This document shows positions 17,036-27,037 of a DNA stretch of 64,000 nt, one piece after another. This stretch comes from a virus. The notes beneath the pieces were generated by a model, which worked only from the letters and a program-made list of their open reading frames with translations, made no database searches and was not told where the DNA came from. Each line of letters starts with the position of its first letter. Position 1 is the stretch's first letter. A program made the translations under genes and the position numbers. The stretch spans positions 22,903 to 86,902 of the IMG/VR virus record IMGVR_UViG_3300008448_000032, one strand, 5' to 3'.

Positions 17036-18946
17036 ATGTATTACTTTTCAGGGACAAACCCTAACGATGCAACAGATGGATTTAGCGCTGGGGAAAATTA
17101 TCCAGGGTCTCCTTTATATCAAAGTATATTACAGGAAAGATCAGGTCTTCTAAATTCCTATCTTAGCAACATAGGATCCGAAAATCCGACAAAAGCTAAA
17201 TTTGGACTTCCCAGATCTCTTTTTTACGACGGAGCAAAATTAGATCCCGATGTTAAACAGGCAGAAAAGTATGGGCTCTTTATGTTCTATTCTTTCGACG
17301 GATCAGGGGGAACTAATTTTTTCTTGGATCAATATTACCTATCTGAGAAACCAGAATATAATAAATTAATATCCTCTCCCGCTTCCAAAAATCCCACAGC
17401 TGCCCAGCTGGTAAGAAATAGCGATGCTTCTCTGTTATTATCAGCGGGAAAAAGTGCTGATGAGATTCAAAAGAATAATCCTATAAGAGGGGGAATACAC
17501 GCTCCTTATTATTGGAAAGATTTTGTTTATTGTAAATATTATGGGACTATACCTAATAATAGACTAATAACTCTAAGAAGGTTTTCTAGTCCGGTTTTAG
17601 ATAATTTTTCTCTTCCCCCGGGATTGAGAAATGCTGAAAACCTAAAGAAGGGGGTAGGTATGCCTGTCGCACAAGCGGTTACTTGGTTTGGAGGGAATAC
17701 CGGGAATACTTTAAGTACTCTCGTAGGATTTAGCACCGGATTAGCTTGGACCGATCAACAAATTGATGCTGAAAAAATACAGAAAGCTTTTGGGGATGGA
17801 CTTATTAATTCTACTGCATTCGAAACCCTTAGCGATTTAGTCTCCCAGGCAGGAGGTAACGGAACAGATGTAAAATTAAGGGAGGAGGAAAAAAAATTAG
17901 GAGTAGAAGCTTTAGCTACAGGTCTTAGCCCAGATAGAGAACAGCTAACAAGAGAAAGATACTATAAAGCTTTTTTCGATGCCGTTAAAACCGACACCGA
18001 AGGAAGATTTGGTATCCTTAATGAAAAAATATGGGTTCCTGTAGATGTTATAAAAAGCACATCAAAAAGAGATTTTGGATTAGATTTTACTTGGCAAGAT
18101 CTTGTTCTTAAATTTTCATACGATCTTACCTCAGTAGGAGAAGTTAATAGTAAAGCAGCTATGTTTGATATCCTAGGTAATTTGCTCTCAATAGGAACAA
18201 ACTATGGTAATTTTCTAACCCCTTATATAAGATATAATTCTGAATACTCAGCTTTAACTTTTCCTGGGGGGGATGCGGGGGCAAAACTTTTCTATACAGA
18301 TCTTAACCAATTTATTTTTAATAACATACAAAAAATGTTTATTAGCGATAATTCCAGTACTACCGGGGTAGGAGGAACTACGGTAGATAAGCCTAAAGTA
18401 GAAGGATTTGAAACGAAGCTAACGCAGTTACAAGCAGATCTAAATGATGGAGTAATTGACAATCCCGAATTGGCAAAAGAACTTTTTGATGCTATACAAT
18501 CCGTTTTTGGATCGAGAGCAGCCCAAGAATGGCAAGCTCCTATTTCTATGTACAGCGGAGCTGCGATAGGAGAATGGCATGTTGTTATAGGAAATCCATA
18601 TAATCCAATAGCAATGATAGGAAATCTTATATGTAAAGGGGTAGTTATTAAATTTTCAGATACATTAGGACCTGACGATTTCCCTTCTGGTTTAGAAGCT
18701 GAGATAACCGTAGGACACGCAAGACCTAGGGAGAGAGGAGAAATTGAAAGTATATTTAATAGAGGAGATGGAAGACTTTATCAAAGTGTTCAGACTACTT
18801 CTTCTAATGCACAAACGTACAATTCCGAATTTGATGTTTCTGGGCAGGTATTCAATCCCCTTACTATTCCTACTTTCTATAATCCTTCCGATGGAGGATT
18901 ACCAGGATCCGGAGGCCCAGTAACTTTTGATGACCTTGAATTGTAG
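17036..18946 (+). CDS. Probable baseplate/tail-tube-cap-related structural protein
   Basis: First gene of the baseplate cluster; the C-terminal beta pattern (EWHVVIGNP...GNLICKGVVIKFS...ITV) is reminiscent of tube-fold gp48/gp54 proteins. Confidence 0.45.
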   Translation: MYYFSGTNPNDATDGFSAGENYPGSPLYQSILQERSGLLNSYLSNIGSENPTKAKFGLPRSLFYDGAKLDPDVKQAEKYGLFMFYSFDGSGGTNFFLDQYYLSEKPEYNKLISSPASKNPTAAQLVRNSDASLLLSAGKSADEIQKNNPIRGGIHAPYYWKDFVYCKYYGTIPNNRLITLRRFSSPVLDNFSLPPGLRNAENLKKGVGMPVAQAVTWFGGNTGNTLSTLVGFSTGLAWTDQQIDAEKIQKAFGDGLINSTAFETLSDLVSQAGGNGTDVKLREEEKKLGVEALATGLSPDREQLTRERYYKAFFDAVKTDTEGRFGILNEKIWVPVDVIKSTSKRDFGLDFTWQDLVLKFSYDLTSVGEVNSKAAMFDILGNLLSIGTNYGNFLTPYIRYNSEYSALTFPGGDAGAKLFYTDLNQFIFNNIQKMFISDNSSTTGVGGTTVDKPKVEGFETKLTQLQADLNDGVIDNPELAKELFDAIQSVFGSRAAQEWQAPISMYSGAAIGEWHVVIGNPYNPIAMIGNLICKGVVIKFSDTLGPDDFPSGLEAEITVGHARPRERGEIESIFNRGDGRLYQSVQTTSSNAQTYNSEFDVSGQVFNPLTIPTFYNPSDGGLPGSGGPVTFDDLEL

Positions 18947-18974
18947 GGGGATAAAATTAATTTAATATAAAGAC

Positions 18975-19553
18975 ATGCTAACTATAGACACATTATTCGT
19001 AAACAAAGAGATATTTAATCCTAATCCTGAAAATGAGGCTTCTTCTTTTGGTATATGGGATTTAACAAAATCTTCGGTAAATTATAATATAGGATTTATG
19101 AATTCCCGAAAGATTTATACGGTACCCGAAGGCCAGGAAATGAGACCAGATCTTATATCTCTTTACCAAACAGGGGATATCCAGTATTGCGGATCTATAA
19201 TGAAAATCAATGGAATATCAAATCCTTTTGCTATAGACAAAGGACAATCTATGTTTATACTAACCCCTTCGGTAATACAAAAAACCTACGAAAAGAAAAA
19301 GAATGAAAATACTCAGGGGGGATCTAATAAATCTTCCGCCCTGGATAACATTAAAAAAACACAGGAAGATAAAAAATTTAAAATTAGCCCCGGAAGAAAA
19401 AAATTCTTAGATAAATCGGTAAAAAATACTCCCCCTTTAATTTTACCTCCTAACGTCTCCCAGCCAGGGGATAGAAGATTTTCAAGGAAGGGAAGAGTAT
19501 TTACTTTTGCTCCTGATGCAGGAAAGGGAGGATTTAATAGACCTTTAATATAA
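18975..19553 (+). CDS. Baseplate wedge protein, T4 gp53-like (LysM-like)
   Basis: YTVPEGQEMRPDLIS...IMKINGISNPF motif; located before the hub and spike genes. Confidence 0.7.
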   Translation: MLTIDTLFVNKEIFNPNPENEASSFGIWDLTKSSVNYNIGFMNSRKIYTVPEGQEMRPDLISLYQTGDIQYCGSIMKINGISNPFAIDKGQSMFILTPSVIQKTYEKKKNENTQGGSNKSSALDNIKKTQEDKKFKISPGRKKFLDKSVKNTPPLILPPNVSQPGDRRFSRKGRVFTFAPDAGKGGFNRPLI

Positions 19554-19556
19554 AAA

Positions 19557-21062
19557 ATGGCTTCTACCAGAATAAATCAAATATCTTTAAATGATATTAA
19601 ATTAGATCAGCAATTTCTAGTAGTAGAAGGAAATGATCCCAGAGATCAAGATTCAAATTCAGGCGAAAGGACAGGGGTTCTTTCTCCGTACATGACTATA
19701 AATGCTTATCCTGTTGGATATTACCTAAAATCATTTAAATTAGATTTAACCGGATTTTTACCGGTTATTAATTTCTCTTTTTCCGCAAAAAACTCCACTT
19801 TTATCTCTGTTAATTACCCCAAGGACGGGGATATAGTTTCGGTTTATATCGCTTCTCCTGAGGAATATTATAAACCGATGAGAATGGATTTCAATATACT
19901 GAATGTAAAGAGTGACGTTTCCAGTAGATATTCGGATTCAGGAAGTGCATCGGAGCCAGACTGGAGCCAATTGAAATTTCAGGTAATGGCAGAATGCAGG
20001 GTTCCTTCCCTATATACTCCAGTTATAAAAGCATTTAGAGAAAAAAGCTCCTGGCAAACCCTATTAGAGGTATCGGAAGATCTCGGTCTAGGGTTTTCGA
20101 CTAATGAGGATACGACAGAGGACATTATGACTTGGATATGCCCGAATTATTCCTATTATGATTTTATACAAGAAGTATCTTTAAGATCGTATAAAGATGA
20201 TAATGTTAGTTTTTTTGATTGCTGGATAGATCAATACTATAATCTAAATTTTGTAAATTTAGGTACTCAATTTGAACAGCAGGATATAGTAAAAGAAGAA
20301 ATTGTTTTTCTACCTGGGTATTATGCAAATTCGGTGTATAAAGCTGATGCCAAATTAAGTGCAAAAACTAAACTCGAACCAATTAAAACCCCCCTCATCT
20401 TACAGAATACCTTAGATAAAAATACATACCCTTTTGCTATAAATGGATACACTTTAATTTCAAATTCTGGTACTAATGTAAATAAAACCGGTTACATAGT
20501 AAATATTGGGTTTTATGATGAAAATCAGGAAGAGGAGAATCCTGAAAATAAGTATGTTAATTACGATATAGAATCTATAACTAATAACGATGCTATAATA
20601 TCAGGAAAAATATTACAGAAGGGAAGGGGAAATGAGGAAGAATACAAAAAAGAGAAAAGAAGAGAATGGCTCGGAATACTAAACAAAAAAGATGAAAGCG
20701 GAGGTGTTCACCTAAATTATCTCCATTCTAAATATCAAAATCTTATAAATTATAATGATTGCACCAAATTTACTCTCAAAGTCGAACTTGACGGTTATTT
20801 TGCTGGGATATACAGGGGTCAGGTAGTTCCTGTATTGATAGAAGTTAAAAATGTGAACCTTAGGAGAGAAAATGTAGGCAATAATAATTCTATCGGACCT
20901 AAAACTGATAATTTTCTATCCGGTAATTATGTGGTAATGGGATCGGAAGTTAATTGGGGAGATTCGGTAGGGTTTAAGCAGATACTATATTTATGCAAAA
21001 GAGATTGGATAGTAAACAGAGCAAGTGGGCTTCCTAAAGTTTATCCTTTCGTTTTAGAATAA
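19557..21062 (+). CDS. Baseplate hub protein (gp27/VgrG-like)
   Basis: About 500 aa between the gp53-like and spike genes; C-terminal FLSGNYVV...FKQILYLCKR pattern. Confidence 0.55.
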   Translation: MASTRINQISLNDIKLDQQFLVVEGNDPRDQDSNSGERTGVLSPYMTINAYPVGYYLKSFKLDLTGFLPVINFSFSAKNSTFISVNYPKDGDIVSVYIASPEEYYKPMRMDFNILNVKSDVSSRYSDSGSASEPDWSQLKFQVMAECRVPSLYTPVIKAFREKSSWQTLLEVSEDLGLGFSTNEDTTEDIMTWICPNYSYYDFIQEVSLRSYKDDNVSFFDCWIDQYYNLNFVNLGTQFEQQDIVKEEIVFLPGYYANSVYKADAKLSAKTKLEPIKTPLILQNTLDKNTYPFAINGYTLISNSGTNVNKTGYIVNIGFYDENQEEENPENKYVNYDIESITNNDAIISGKILQKGRGNEEEYKKEKRREWLGILNKKDESGGVHLNYLHSKYQNLINYNDCTKFTLKVELDGYFAGIYRGQVVPVLIEVKNVNLRRENVGNNNSIGPKTDNFLSGNYVVMGSEVNWGDSVGFKQILYLCKRDWIVNRASGLPKVYPFVLE

Positions 21063-21093
21063 ATCTAATTTTAGATAAATATAAATAAAAGTC

Positions 21094-23505
21094 ATGAGTT
21101 TTGGTTTTTCAGGAGCAACCGATAGGGATAGGTATAGGTTTTTAAGCGGGTTTAAGCTTAACGACCAGGGAAAAAATGAGGATCCAACATATCTCGGATT
21201 CTCCGTAGATTTTGTTTTTGATGATGGCCCGGGGATAGATTCGGATTATGGAACACCAATAAGTCCTTTATTTAGAGAGGGAAACTATTCCCCTATTGCT
21301 GGTCCGAATATATTCGGGCAAGACCAATATCAATTCAGAACCGGAGAAGTTTTGTTTTATTCTGCTCAAAGATATTTAGAGAATAGAGAGCAGAGGGAAA
21401 ATTTTACTACGGTCGGAAAAAGATCCCAGATGCTTAAACAATTTAAAATTCTTTTAAGGGATATAACAAAAAATCAGCCTTGGTTTTTTCAATCGATATC
21501 CGGTCTTGATGCCCTATATAAAGTTGCAAGACCAGGATTTCAGGATCAGGGGGGATCCGATGATTTTAATCCTTCTAGAGCTAATACCATAGAAATAAAA
21601 ACTTTAGAGTCTTTAAATTTAAGAATGACCGCTCTTGCGGATTTATATAATCACGCTACTTTCGATTACGTGAATATGAGAGAGACTATTCCTAGAAATT
21701 TAAGAAGATTCAGGATGAACATTTTTGTTACGGATCTTAGAAATTTCTTCAAAACGAATAGACTTATAAATTCTTCTACCACCCTAAGTACGATAGCCAA
21801 TACTGCAAATTTATTGGGCTCGGGAATAAATCCAGGAAATAATTTAGCTGCTTCTACTTTGGACAGCACGGGGAATTTTGCAACGGATAGCGGATCTGGA
21901 GGACTTCTCAATATTGGCCAAAATGCCTTAAGTTCTGAAGGATTGAGCAATCAGCAGGATCAAACTGGGATTAAGCCCATAATTGTTATACAGTGTAGTA
22001 ATTGCGAGTTTGATTTTACTGAAAGTTCTCCCATATCTTCCGATATAAATGCGGGAACCGACGCAGGACAACCCCTAGAACAATCCTTTAAAATCCACGT
22101 AGGAAGAGTAAGAATAAGAAGCCAGTATCCAAATATAAGGTTGGACAAAAGACAATTGATAATATCTGATGATGTGTTTACCGAAAAGAGCTCAGTCCAG
22201 GCTTACGAAGGAGATCCTTCGGGAAGAACTATTTTTGGTATTGATGTTTCGAATGGTCCAGCAGGGGATCTACTTGAACAAGGAGGAAATGCTGTTAATA
22301 ATTTAATAGGAAACACTGTAAATGACCTTTACAACCGGGGAGCTCAAATATTAGGGGATTCCCTTAGTGGAGTAGATCAATTGTTACTGGGAAATATATA
22401 CTCTTTTAATCCTTCCGAAATAATAAACGCTTCCGATTTAAGTTTAAACGATATTAGGGATTTTTCAAATCAAAAATCTAGTGTAAATATTTCTCGAGCT
22501 GAAAGAGAAGGGTTACCTAACCCTCAGACAATGGGAAAAGGGGGTCCTCCTGAAAATAAGTATTCTACCCGAAAATTAGGGGCAAAAGGACAGGACGAAT
22601 ATCCGAGAGTTCCTGGACGAGATCTAGGTGTTACGCCTCCAGGTTCTCCAACGATAGGAAGAGTTTATGACAATGTTGGGAGTCCTTCCGATGCTTATAC
22701 TAATGTTCCGGGAAAAGATTTAGGCCCACCGGGAAGAACTTACAGAGCTCCTAGAGAAGATGATAAATACAAAGGAGTTCCAGGAAAGGATCTTGGGGGT
22801 CAAAGAAGAATTTATAAGAACCCAACAGGAGATTCTTATAAGGGGGTTCCTGGTAAAGATTTAGGGGTTCCCCAAAGAGTTTATCCTACCACAAATGAGG
22901 ATTTTTATCCTGATGTACCCGGAAAAGATCTAGGTGTTCCCCAAAGAGTTTATCCGGATATTAAAGAGGATATTTACCCCGACGTACCAGGAAAAGATTT
23001 AGGAGTTCCCGAAAGAAGATATCCTTTGGTAAATGACGATATTTATCCTGACGTACCGGGTAAAGATTTAGGAGTTCCGGAAAGAAGATATCCTTTGCTA
23101 AATGACGATATTTACGCTGACGTACCTGGTAAAGATTTAGGGGTCCCTGGAAGAAAATACCCTTTGGTTAATGATAATTTATATAGAGACGCTATTGTAA
23201 AATCTAATGAGTTAAAATCTAGAGAAATAGTTTATAAAGAAGAAATAAAATCTAAAAACTCTGGGCTAGGAGATGCATATACGGACCCCAAAAAGGATTT
23301 ATCCCAGTTCGACACTAAACCTTCCCCGGTATACCCTCAGGAGAAAACAAAATATTTCAGAGGAGGTCTTGGCGATCTTTATCCCCCTACGCAAGAAGAT
23401 TTTAACCCAGATTCTCCAGGGGATTTAGGAAACTTAAAACCTAAAGGGTCGTATAATATAAGTCTTGGAGGTAAAAATCCAGACCCTACTAAATTTAATT
23501 CTTAA
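21094..23505 (+). CDS. Structural protein with tube-fold-like N-terminal region and C-terminal 23-aa repeats
   Basis: PWFFQSISGL...IEIKTLESLNLR; repeats VPGKDLGVP; baseplate context. Confidence 0.5.
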   Translation: MSFGFSGATDRDRYRFLSGFKLNDQGKNEDPTYLGFSVDFVFDDGPGIDSDYGTPISPLFREGNYSPIAGPNIFGQDQYQFRTGEVLFYSAQRYLENREQRENFTTVGKRSQMLKQFKILLRDITKNQPWFFQSISGLDALYKVARPGFQDQGGSDDFNPSRANTIEIKTLESLNLRMTALADLYNHATFDYVNMRETIPRNLRRFRMNIFVTDLRNFFKTNRLINSSTTLSTIANTANLLGSGINPGNNLAASTLDSTGNFATDSGSGGLLNIGQNALSSEGLSNQQDQTGIKPIIVIQCSNCEFDFTESSPISSDINAGTDAGQPLEQSFKIHVGRVRIRSQYPNIRLDKRQLIISDDVFTEKSSVQAYEGDPSGRTIFGIDVSNGPAGDLLEQGGNAVNNLIGNTVNDLYNRGAQILGDSLSGVDQLLLGNIYSFNPSEIINASDLSLNDIRDFSNQKSSVNISRAEREGLPNPQTMGKGGPPENKYSTRKLGAKGQDEYPRVPGRDLGVTPPGSPTIGRVYDNVGSPSDAYTNVPGKDLGPPGRTYRAPREDDKYKGVPGKDLGGQRRIYKNPTGDSYKGVPGKDLGVPQRVYPTTNEDFYPDVPGKDLGVPQRVYPDIKEDIYPDVPGKDLGVPERRYPLVNDDIYPDVPGKDLGVPERRYPLLNDDIYADVPGKDLGVPGRKYPLVNDNLYRDAIVKSNELKSREIVYKEEIKSKNSGLGDAYTDPKKDLSQFDTKPSPVYPQEKTKYFRGGLGDLYPPTQEDFNPDSPGDLGNLKPKGSYNISLGGKNPDPTKFNS
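22600..23163 (+). repeat. Intragenic tandem repeat, 8 copies of Y-x-x-VPG(K/R)DLG, 69-nt period
   Basis: VPG codons start at 22609, 22705, 22777, 22846, 22915, 22984, 23053 and 23122; variation in the core is mostly synonymous. Confidence 0.9.
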
Positions 23506-24182
23506 TGTCATCTAGTAAGTCATATCTCGGGGTTATAGTAGATATAAACGACCCGTTAAAGCAGGGAAGAGCCAAAGTAAGAGTTTTTGGTATATTTGAT
23601 GATCTTGAGATTGAAGATATACCTTGGTCGGAACCAGGAACAGCTAGTGAATATTTCGGGGGAGGAAAAGGAGGGGGAGCAGTTAGTGTTCCTAGACTTG
23701 GGGCCGTAGTCTATTGTTCTTTTGAGTCTGAAAATTACTATAAGATGTATTTTGACATCATAAAAGAATTTTCTCCCGACCTCGTAGAGGAAATGAATGA
23801 AGAAAATTCTTACGAAGGATTCCATTCATTAATATATGATTCTGAAGCACAGCCAGGAAGTTTAAAATTATTCTATAGCCGAAAAAAAGGTTTAGTTTTT
23901 GAATTAGGGGATGCCAAAGTTCAATTGGATACCCAGAACGGAGGAGAATTAAGGGTTGTAATAAAAATGGGGGAAGACGAAATAAGAATGGAGAATAAAA
24001 AGGTCATAGTAAATTCGTCAAATATAGAATTAGGAGAAGGAGCAGCTCAGTCTGTAATACTCGGAGATTTGTTTAAAGATCTTTTTAATTCGCACACACA
24101 TCCCACCCCAGTAGGCCCATCCGGAACTCCTGTACCTTTGATGACTCCAGCTCAGTTAAGTCAAGTTTCTAAAACTAAATAA
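23505..24182 (+). CDS. Baseplate central spike (gp5 N-terminal OB fold, short beta-helix, HxH tip)
   Basis: YLGVIVDINDPLKQGRAKVRVFG...IPW...VPRLG; C-terminal FNSHTHP. Confidence 0.85.
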   Translation: MSSSKSYLGVIVDINDPLKQGRAKVRVFGIFDDLEIEDIPWSEPGTASEYFGGGKGGGAVSVPRLGAVVYCSFESENYYKMYFDIIKEFSPDLVEEMNEENSYEGFHSLIYDSEAQPGSLKLFYSRKKGLVFELGDAKVQLDTQNGGELRVVIKMGEDEIRMENKKVIVNSSNIELGEGAAQSVILGDLFKDLFNSHTHPTPVGPSGTPVPLMTPAQLSQVSKTK

Positions 24183-24185
24183 AAT

Positions 24186-25607
24186 ATGCCAGCTAATTGG
24201 GTCAAATTTACTAGTGATTTATCTCAGTACCTATCTTCGAAAAAGGAAAAAAGCTCCAAAGAAACTGCTGATAAGATAATAGATCTATATATAGAAGCTA
24301 TAGGTAATAAAGCCCAGCCACTCCCAGGAACTTCTTTTTTCAACCCAAATGATCCTAGAGTTATTTCAGGAAAGATCGCTTTAAAAGAGTCCTTTGCTAA
24401 AGCAATGGATATTATGTTAAAAGATCCAGATCAGCAAAAAATAACTTTTGAAAAGAAGAAAAAAGATAAAAACTTTTCCGATCCTGAGAAATTAGAAAAG
24501 GCTCAGAAGATACCAGATTCTCCCCCTGCTGAGCCTATAGAATTTCCACCTGTAGACGAAAAGTATTACGATGAGATTATAGCAAATTCAGGGATAACAT
24601 TTTTTATAAAACAAAAAGATAATAAAAAATCAAACAAAATATTCGATTATAATACTAAGGTTGATTTGACAGCTTACAATGGATATGGTATACCCCTGTC
24701 TATTTTCGGAAATGATCTGGAAGAGATAAAATCTACCTTAAATACTTATGGCAAACTTCCGGGTCTTCTTAAACTTATTTCTTATAATAATCCGGGATTT
24801 GATCTTTTGCCAGACATAAATAAAAAGGGGATTAATACTACTCACGGGGAACTTATAAAATATTTTATAGATCTTTATTCTAAAGGAGGATCATATAGGA
24901 TAATAGGGGACCAATACAGGAGTTCAACCGGATACGGGGAAGAAAATCTAACCCCGCAGATAGAAAAAGAGTTATCCGTTTTGGTAAATTTATATTCCGG
25001 GGAATTAGAAAAATGGTTTAAAGTTGCAGCTCCTTATATAGAAAAGACTGCGACGGATAAAGCTATAGAAGAGACTAAAAAAGAAGAAGAAATACAGGAA
25101 GGAGAAAAAGTAGAGGGATCTGAAACTGTTTTAAATAAAACAGTAGAAGAAATATCATCTTTCCTTTCCATAAGTCCAGAAAAAGATCCTTATATGATTA
25201 TGGCAAATTCTTTGGTTTTGTTTTGGACTGTTATAGGAATCTCATCTCCTACTATATTTTTAGGACCATCTGGGGTTCCTCCTTCAGTTTTACCGGTCCC
25301 GGGATTATACCAAATAATATTTCCAGGTATCCCTTTTATTCTAGGAAAATCACTGAAGATAGCTTTTAACGTAGGGTCAAATTCTAAATTTATCCCCGAC
25401 ATTCCATTTGAACAATTTCAAAAAAGTCCTGAATTGGCTAATAAAAAGATAGAAGAAATTGGAAAACTTTCATCTAAAGCGACTGCTTCGGCGATAGCAT
25501 CAGTTTTTGCTTCTCACCTTTTAACGATTAAATTTCTATATTTTGGATCGATACCTGCGGTTCCTAGTCCTATACCTTCTACTTCTTTTGTTTATGCCAT
25601 TTATTAA
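24186..25607 (+). CDS. Hypothetical baseplate-associated protein
   Basis: 473-aa ORF directly after the spike; Pro/Gly-rich hydrophobic C-terminus. Confidence 0.5.
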   Translation: MPANWVKFTSDLSQYLSSKKEKSSKETADKIIDLYIEAIGNKAQPLPGTSFFNPNDPRVISGKIALKESFAKAMDIMLKDPDQQKITFEKKKKDKNFSDPEKLEKAQKIPDSPPAEPIEFPPVDEKYYDEIIANSGITFFIKQKDNKKSNKIFDYNTKVDLTAYNGYGIPLSIFGNDLEEIKSTLNTYGKLPGLLKLISYNNPGFDLLPDINKKGINTTHGELIKYFIDLYSKGGSYRIIGDQYRSSTGYGEENLTPQIEKELSVLVNLYSGELEKWFKVAAPYIEKTATDKAIEETKKEEEIQEGEKVEGSETVLNKTVEEISSFLSISPEKDPYMIMANSLVLFWTVIGISSPTIFLGPSGVPPSVLPVPGLYQIIFPGIPFILGKSLKIAFNVGSNSKFIPDIPFEQFQKSPELANKKIEEIGKLSSKATASAIASVFASHLLTIKFLYFGSIPAVPSPIPSTSFVYAIY

Positions 25608-25617
25608 TTTTAAATAG

Positions 25618-25625
25618 GATATATA
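25618..25625 (+). promoter_or_regulatory. Putative late promoter box GATATATA
   Basis: Exact motif upstream of ATG 25631. Confidence 0.65.
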
Positions 25626-25630
25626 GATAA

Positions 25631-27034
25631 ATGACCGAAAGAAATCACATAGATAAACTTAATGCACTCTCCTCTTCCGTTATAGGATTTGAGTTTGAAT
25701 TCTATACAAATATGCTTAAGGGTGAAGCTGCTGAATCTATAGGAAAAGAGGTTAAAAAGAAAGTTCAGGTATCTGAAAAATACCACTCGGACTTAAAAGT
25801 AACTTCTTCTCTTTTTAAATTAGAACCCGACTATTCAGGGGGAAATAAAATGGTCGAACTCATAACTGGTCCTATGGAATATTCTGAAGCTATTCCGGTA
25901 ATGATAAAGATCCTTAATTGGATTGAAAAAAATGGTTGGACCGATGACAGATGCGCTTTCCAATTTTCGGTTAGCTTTGATAAATTTAGAAGAGAAATAA
26001 AAGACAGAATAGAAAATTTAGATAAACTTAAATTTATATTGGGTCTGGACGAAAATTTCATTTATTCTAAATTTGGAAATAGATCTAATAATGTTTATGC
26101 AAATACCGTAAAGAGAGTAGTTCCTGTCAATAGATTTTCTATATTGGAAAATATAAATTACATAGATCCTAAAATGTTCAAAGTCCCAGACGAGAAATAT
26201 TATGGGGTCAACTTCACCAAATTAAAGGACGGGTATCTGGAATTTAGATATTTGGGGAATAGAGATTATCAGAAGAAAATAAGAGAGATAAGAGAAGTTA
26301 TCGATTATGTTATTTTATATCTTTATGATATTTTAAGTCATCGTTCAAATGGATACACTAAAGAAGATTTAGCTAAGCTGAGGGAAATGATGAAGGAGTA
26401 CAGCAAAGTCGTAAAATGCTATAGTAATCCTGAATTATTTTTTATGCACTACCCAGATTTTCACGTATTTGTAGATCTTAAAGGACTTGACGAAAATATA
26501 AAAACCTATTTTCCGATGATTAAAGATAAAATATTCGATCTTTTGGTAGACGGAAATATAAAATCTTGCTATTTCAACTATGATACTACAAACGGAAGGT
26601 ATCAGATAAAAGAAGCTAGGATAAGAGATTTTATGAAAATAAAAGATATTGATTTGATATCCTGCGATATTAAAGGCGGTGTTTTAGAAAATTGTAATTT
26701 GTATACCTGCGACATAAAAAAATCAAGAATAGAAAATTGCAATGTTGCAAATGGGTGTAAAATAGGATCCTCTAAAGTTAGTCAGAGCGTAATAGAATTT
26801 TCTAATGAATTAACAAATTGTTTTGTTGATTGCAAAGGGAAAAATGTTAACTGTAAAATGGTCGGGGGAGTTCTTAGGGATGGTAATATTGGGGAGTATG
26901 CAGAAATAAGTAAAGACACCATAAAGGTCAAAGGGTTTAATGACCTTAGAAATCAAAGATTTGTTACCGACAGTAGGTTAAAAGATCTAAATTTCGATTA
27001 TAAGAAACCCAAATTTGGAAACCTAAACTATTAA
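25631..27034 (+). CDS. Amidoligase (COOH-NH2 ligase type 2)-like protein with C-terminal beta-helix repeats
   Basis: IGFEFEF, EPDYS, ELITGP, KYYGVNF, LEFRYLG; C-terminal Cys/Ile pentapeptide-like repeats. Confidence 0.7.
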   Translation: MTERNHIDKLNALSSSVIGFEFEFYTNMLKGEAAESIGKEVKKKVQVSEKYHSDLKVTSSLFKLEPDYSGGNKMVELITGPMEYSEAIPVMIKILNWIEKNGWTDDRCAFQFSVSFDKFRREIKDRIENLDKLKFILGLDENFIYSKFGNRSNNVYANTVKRVVPVNRFSILENINYIDPKMFKVPDEKYYGVNFTKLKDGYLEFRYLGNRDYQKKIREIREVIDYVILYLYDILSHRSNGYTKEDLAKLREMMKEYSKVVKCYSNPELFFMHYPDFHVFVDLKGLDENIKTYFPMIKDKIFDLLVDGNIKSCYFNYDTTNGRYQIKEARIRDFMKIKDIDLISCDIKGGVLENCNLYTCDIKKSRIENCNVANGCKIGSSKVSQSVIEFSNELTNCFVDCKGKNVNCKMVGGVLRDGNIGEYAEISKDTIKVKGFNDLRNQRFVTDSRLKDLNFDYKKPKFGNLNY

Positions 27035-27037
27035 AAA

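Noticed and set aside
22600-23163. Regularly spaced repeats as a possible CRISPR array
   Set aside because: The repeats are in frame within an 803-aa ORF and vary at synonymous positions, and the intervening segments resemble each other. This is a protein repeat.
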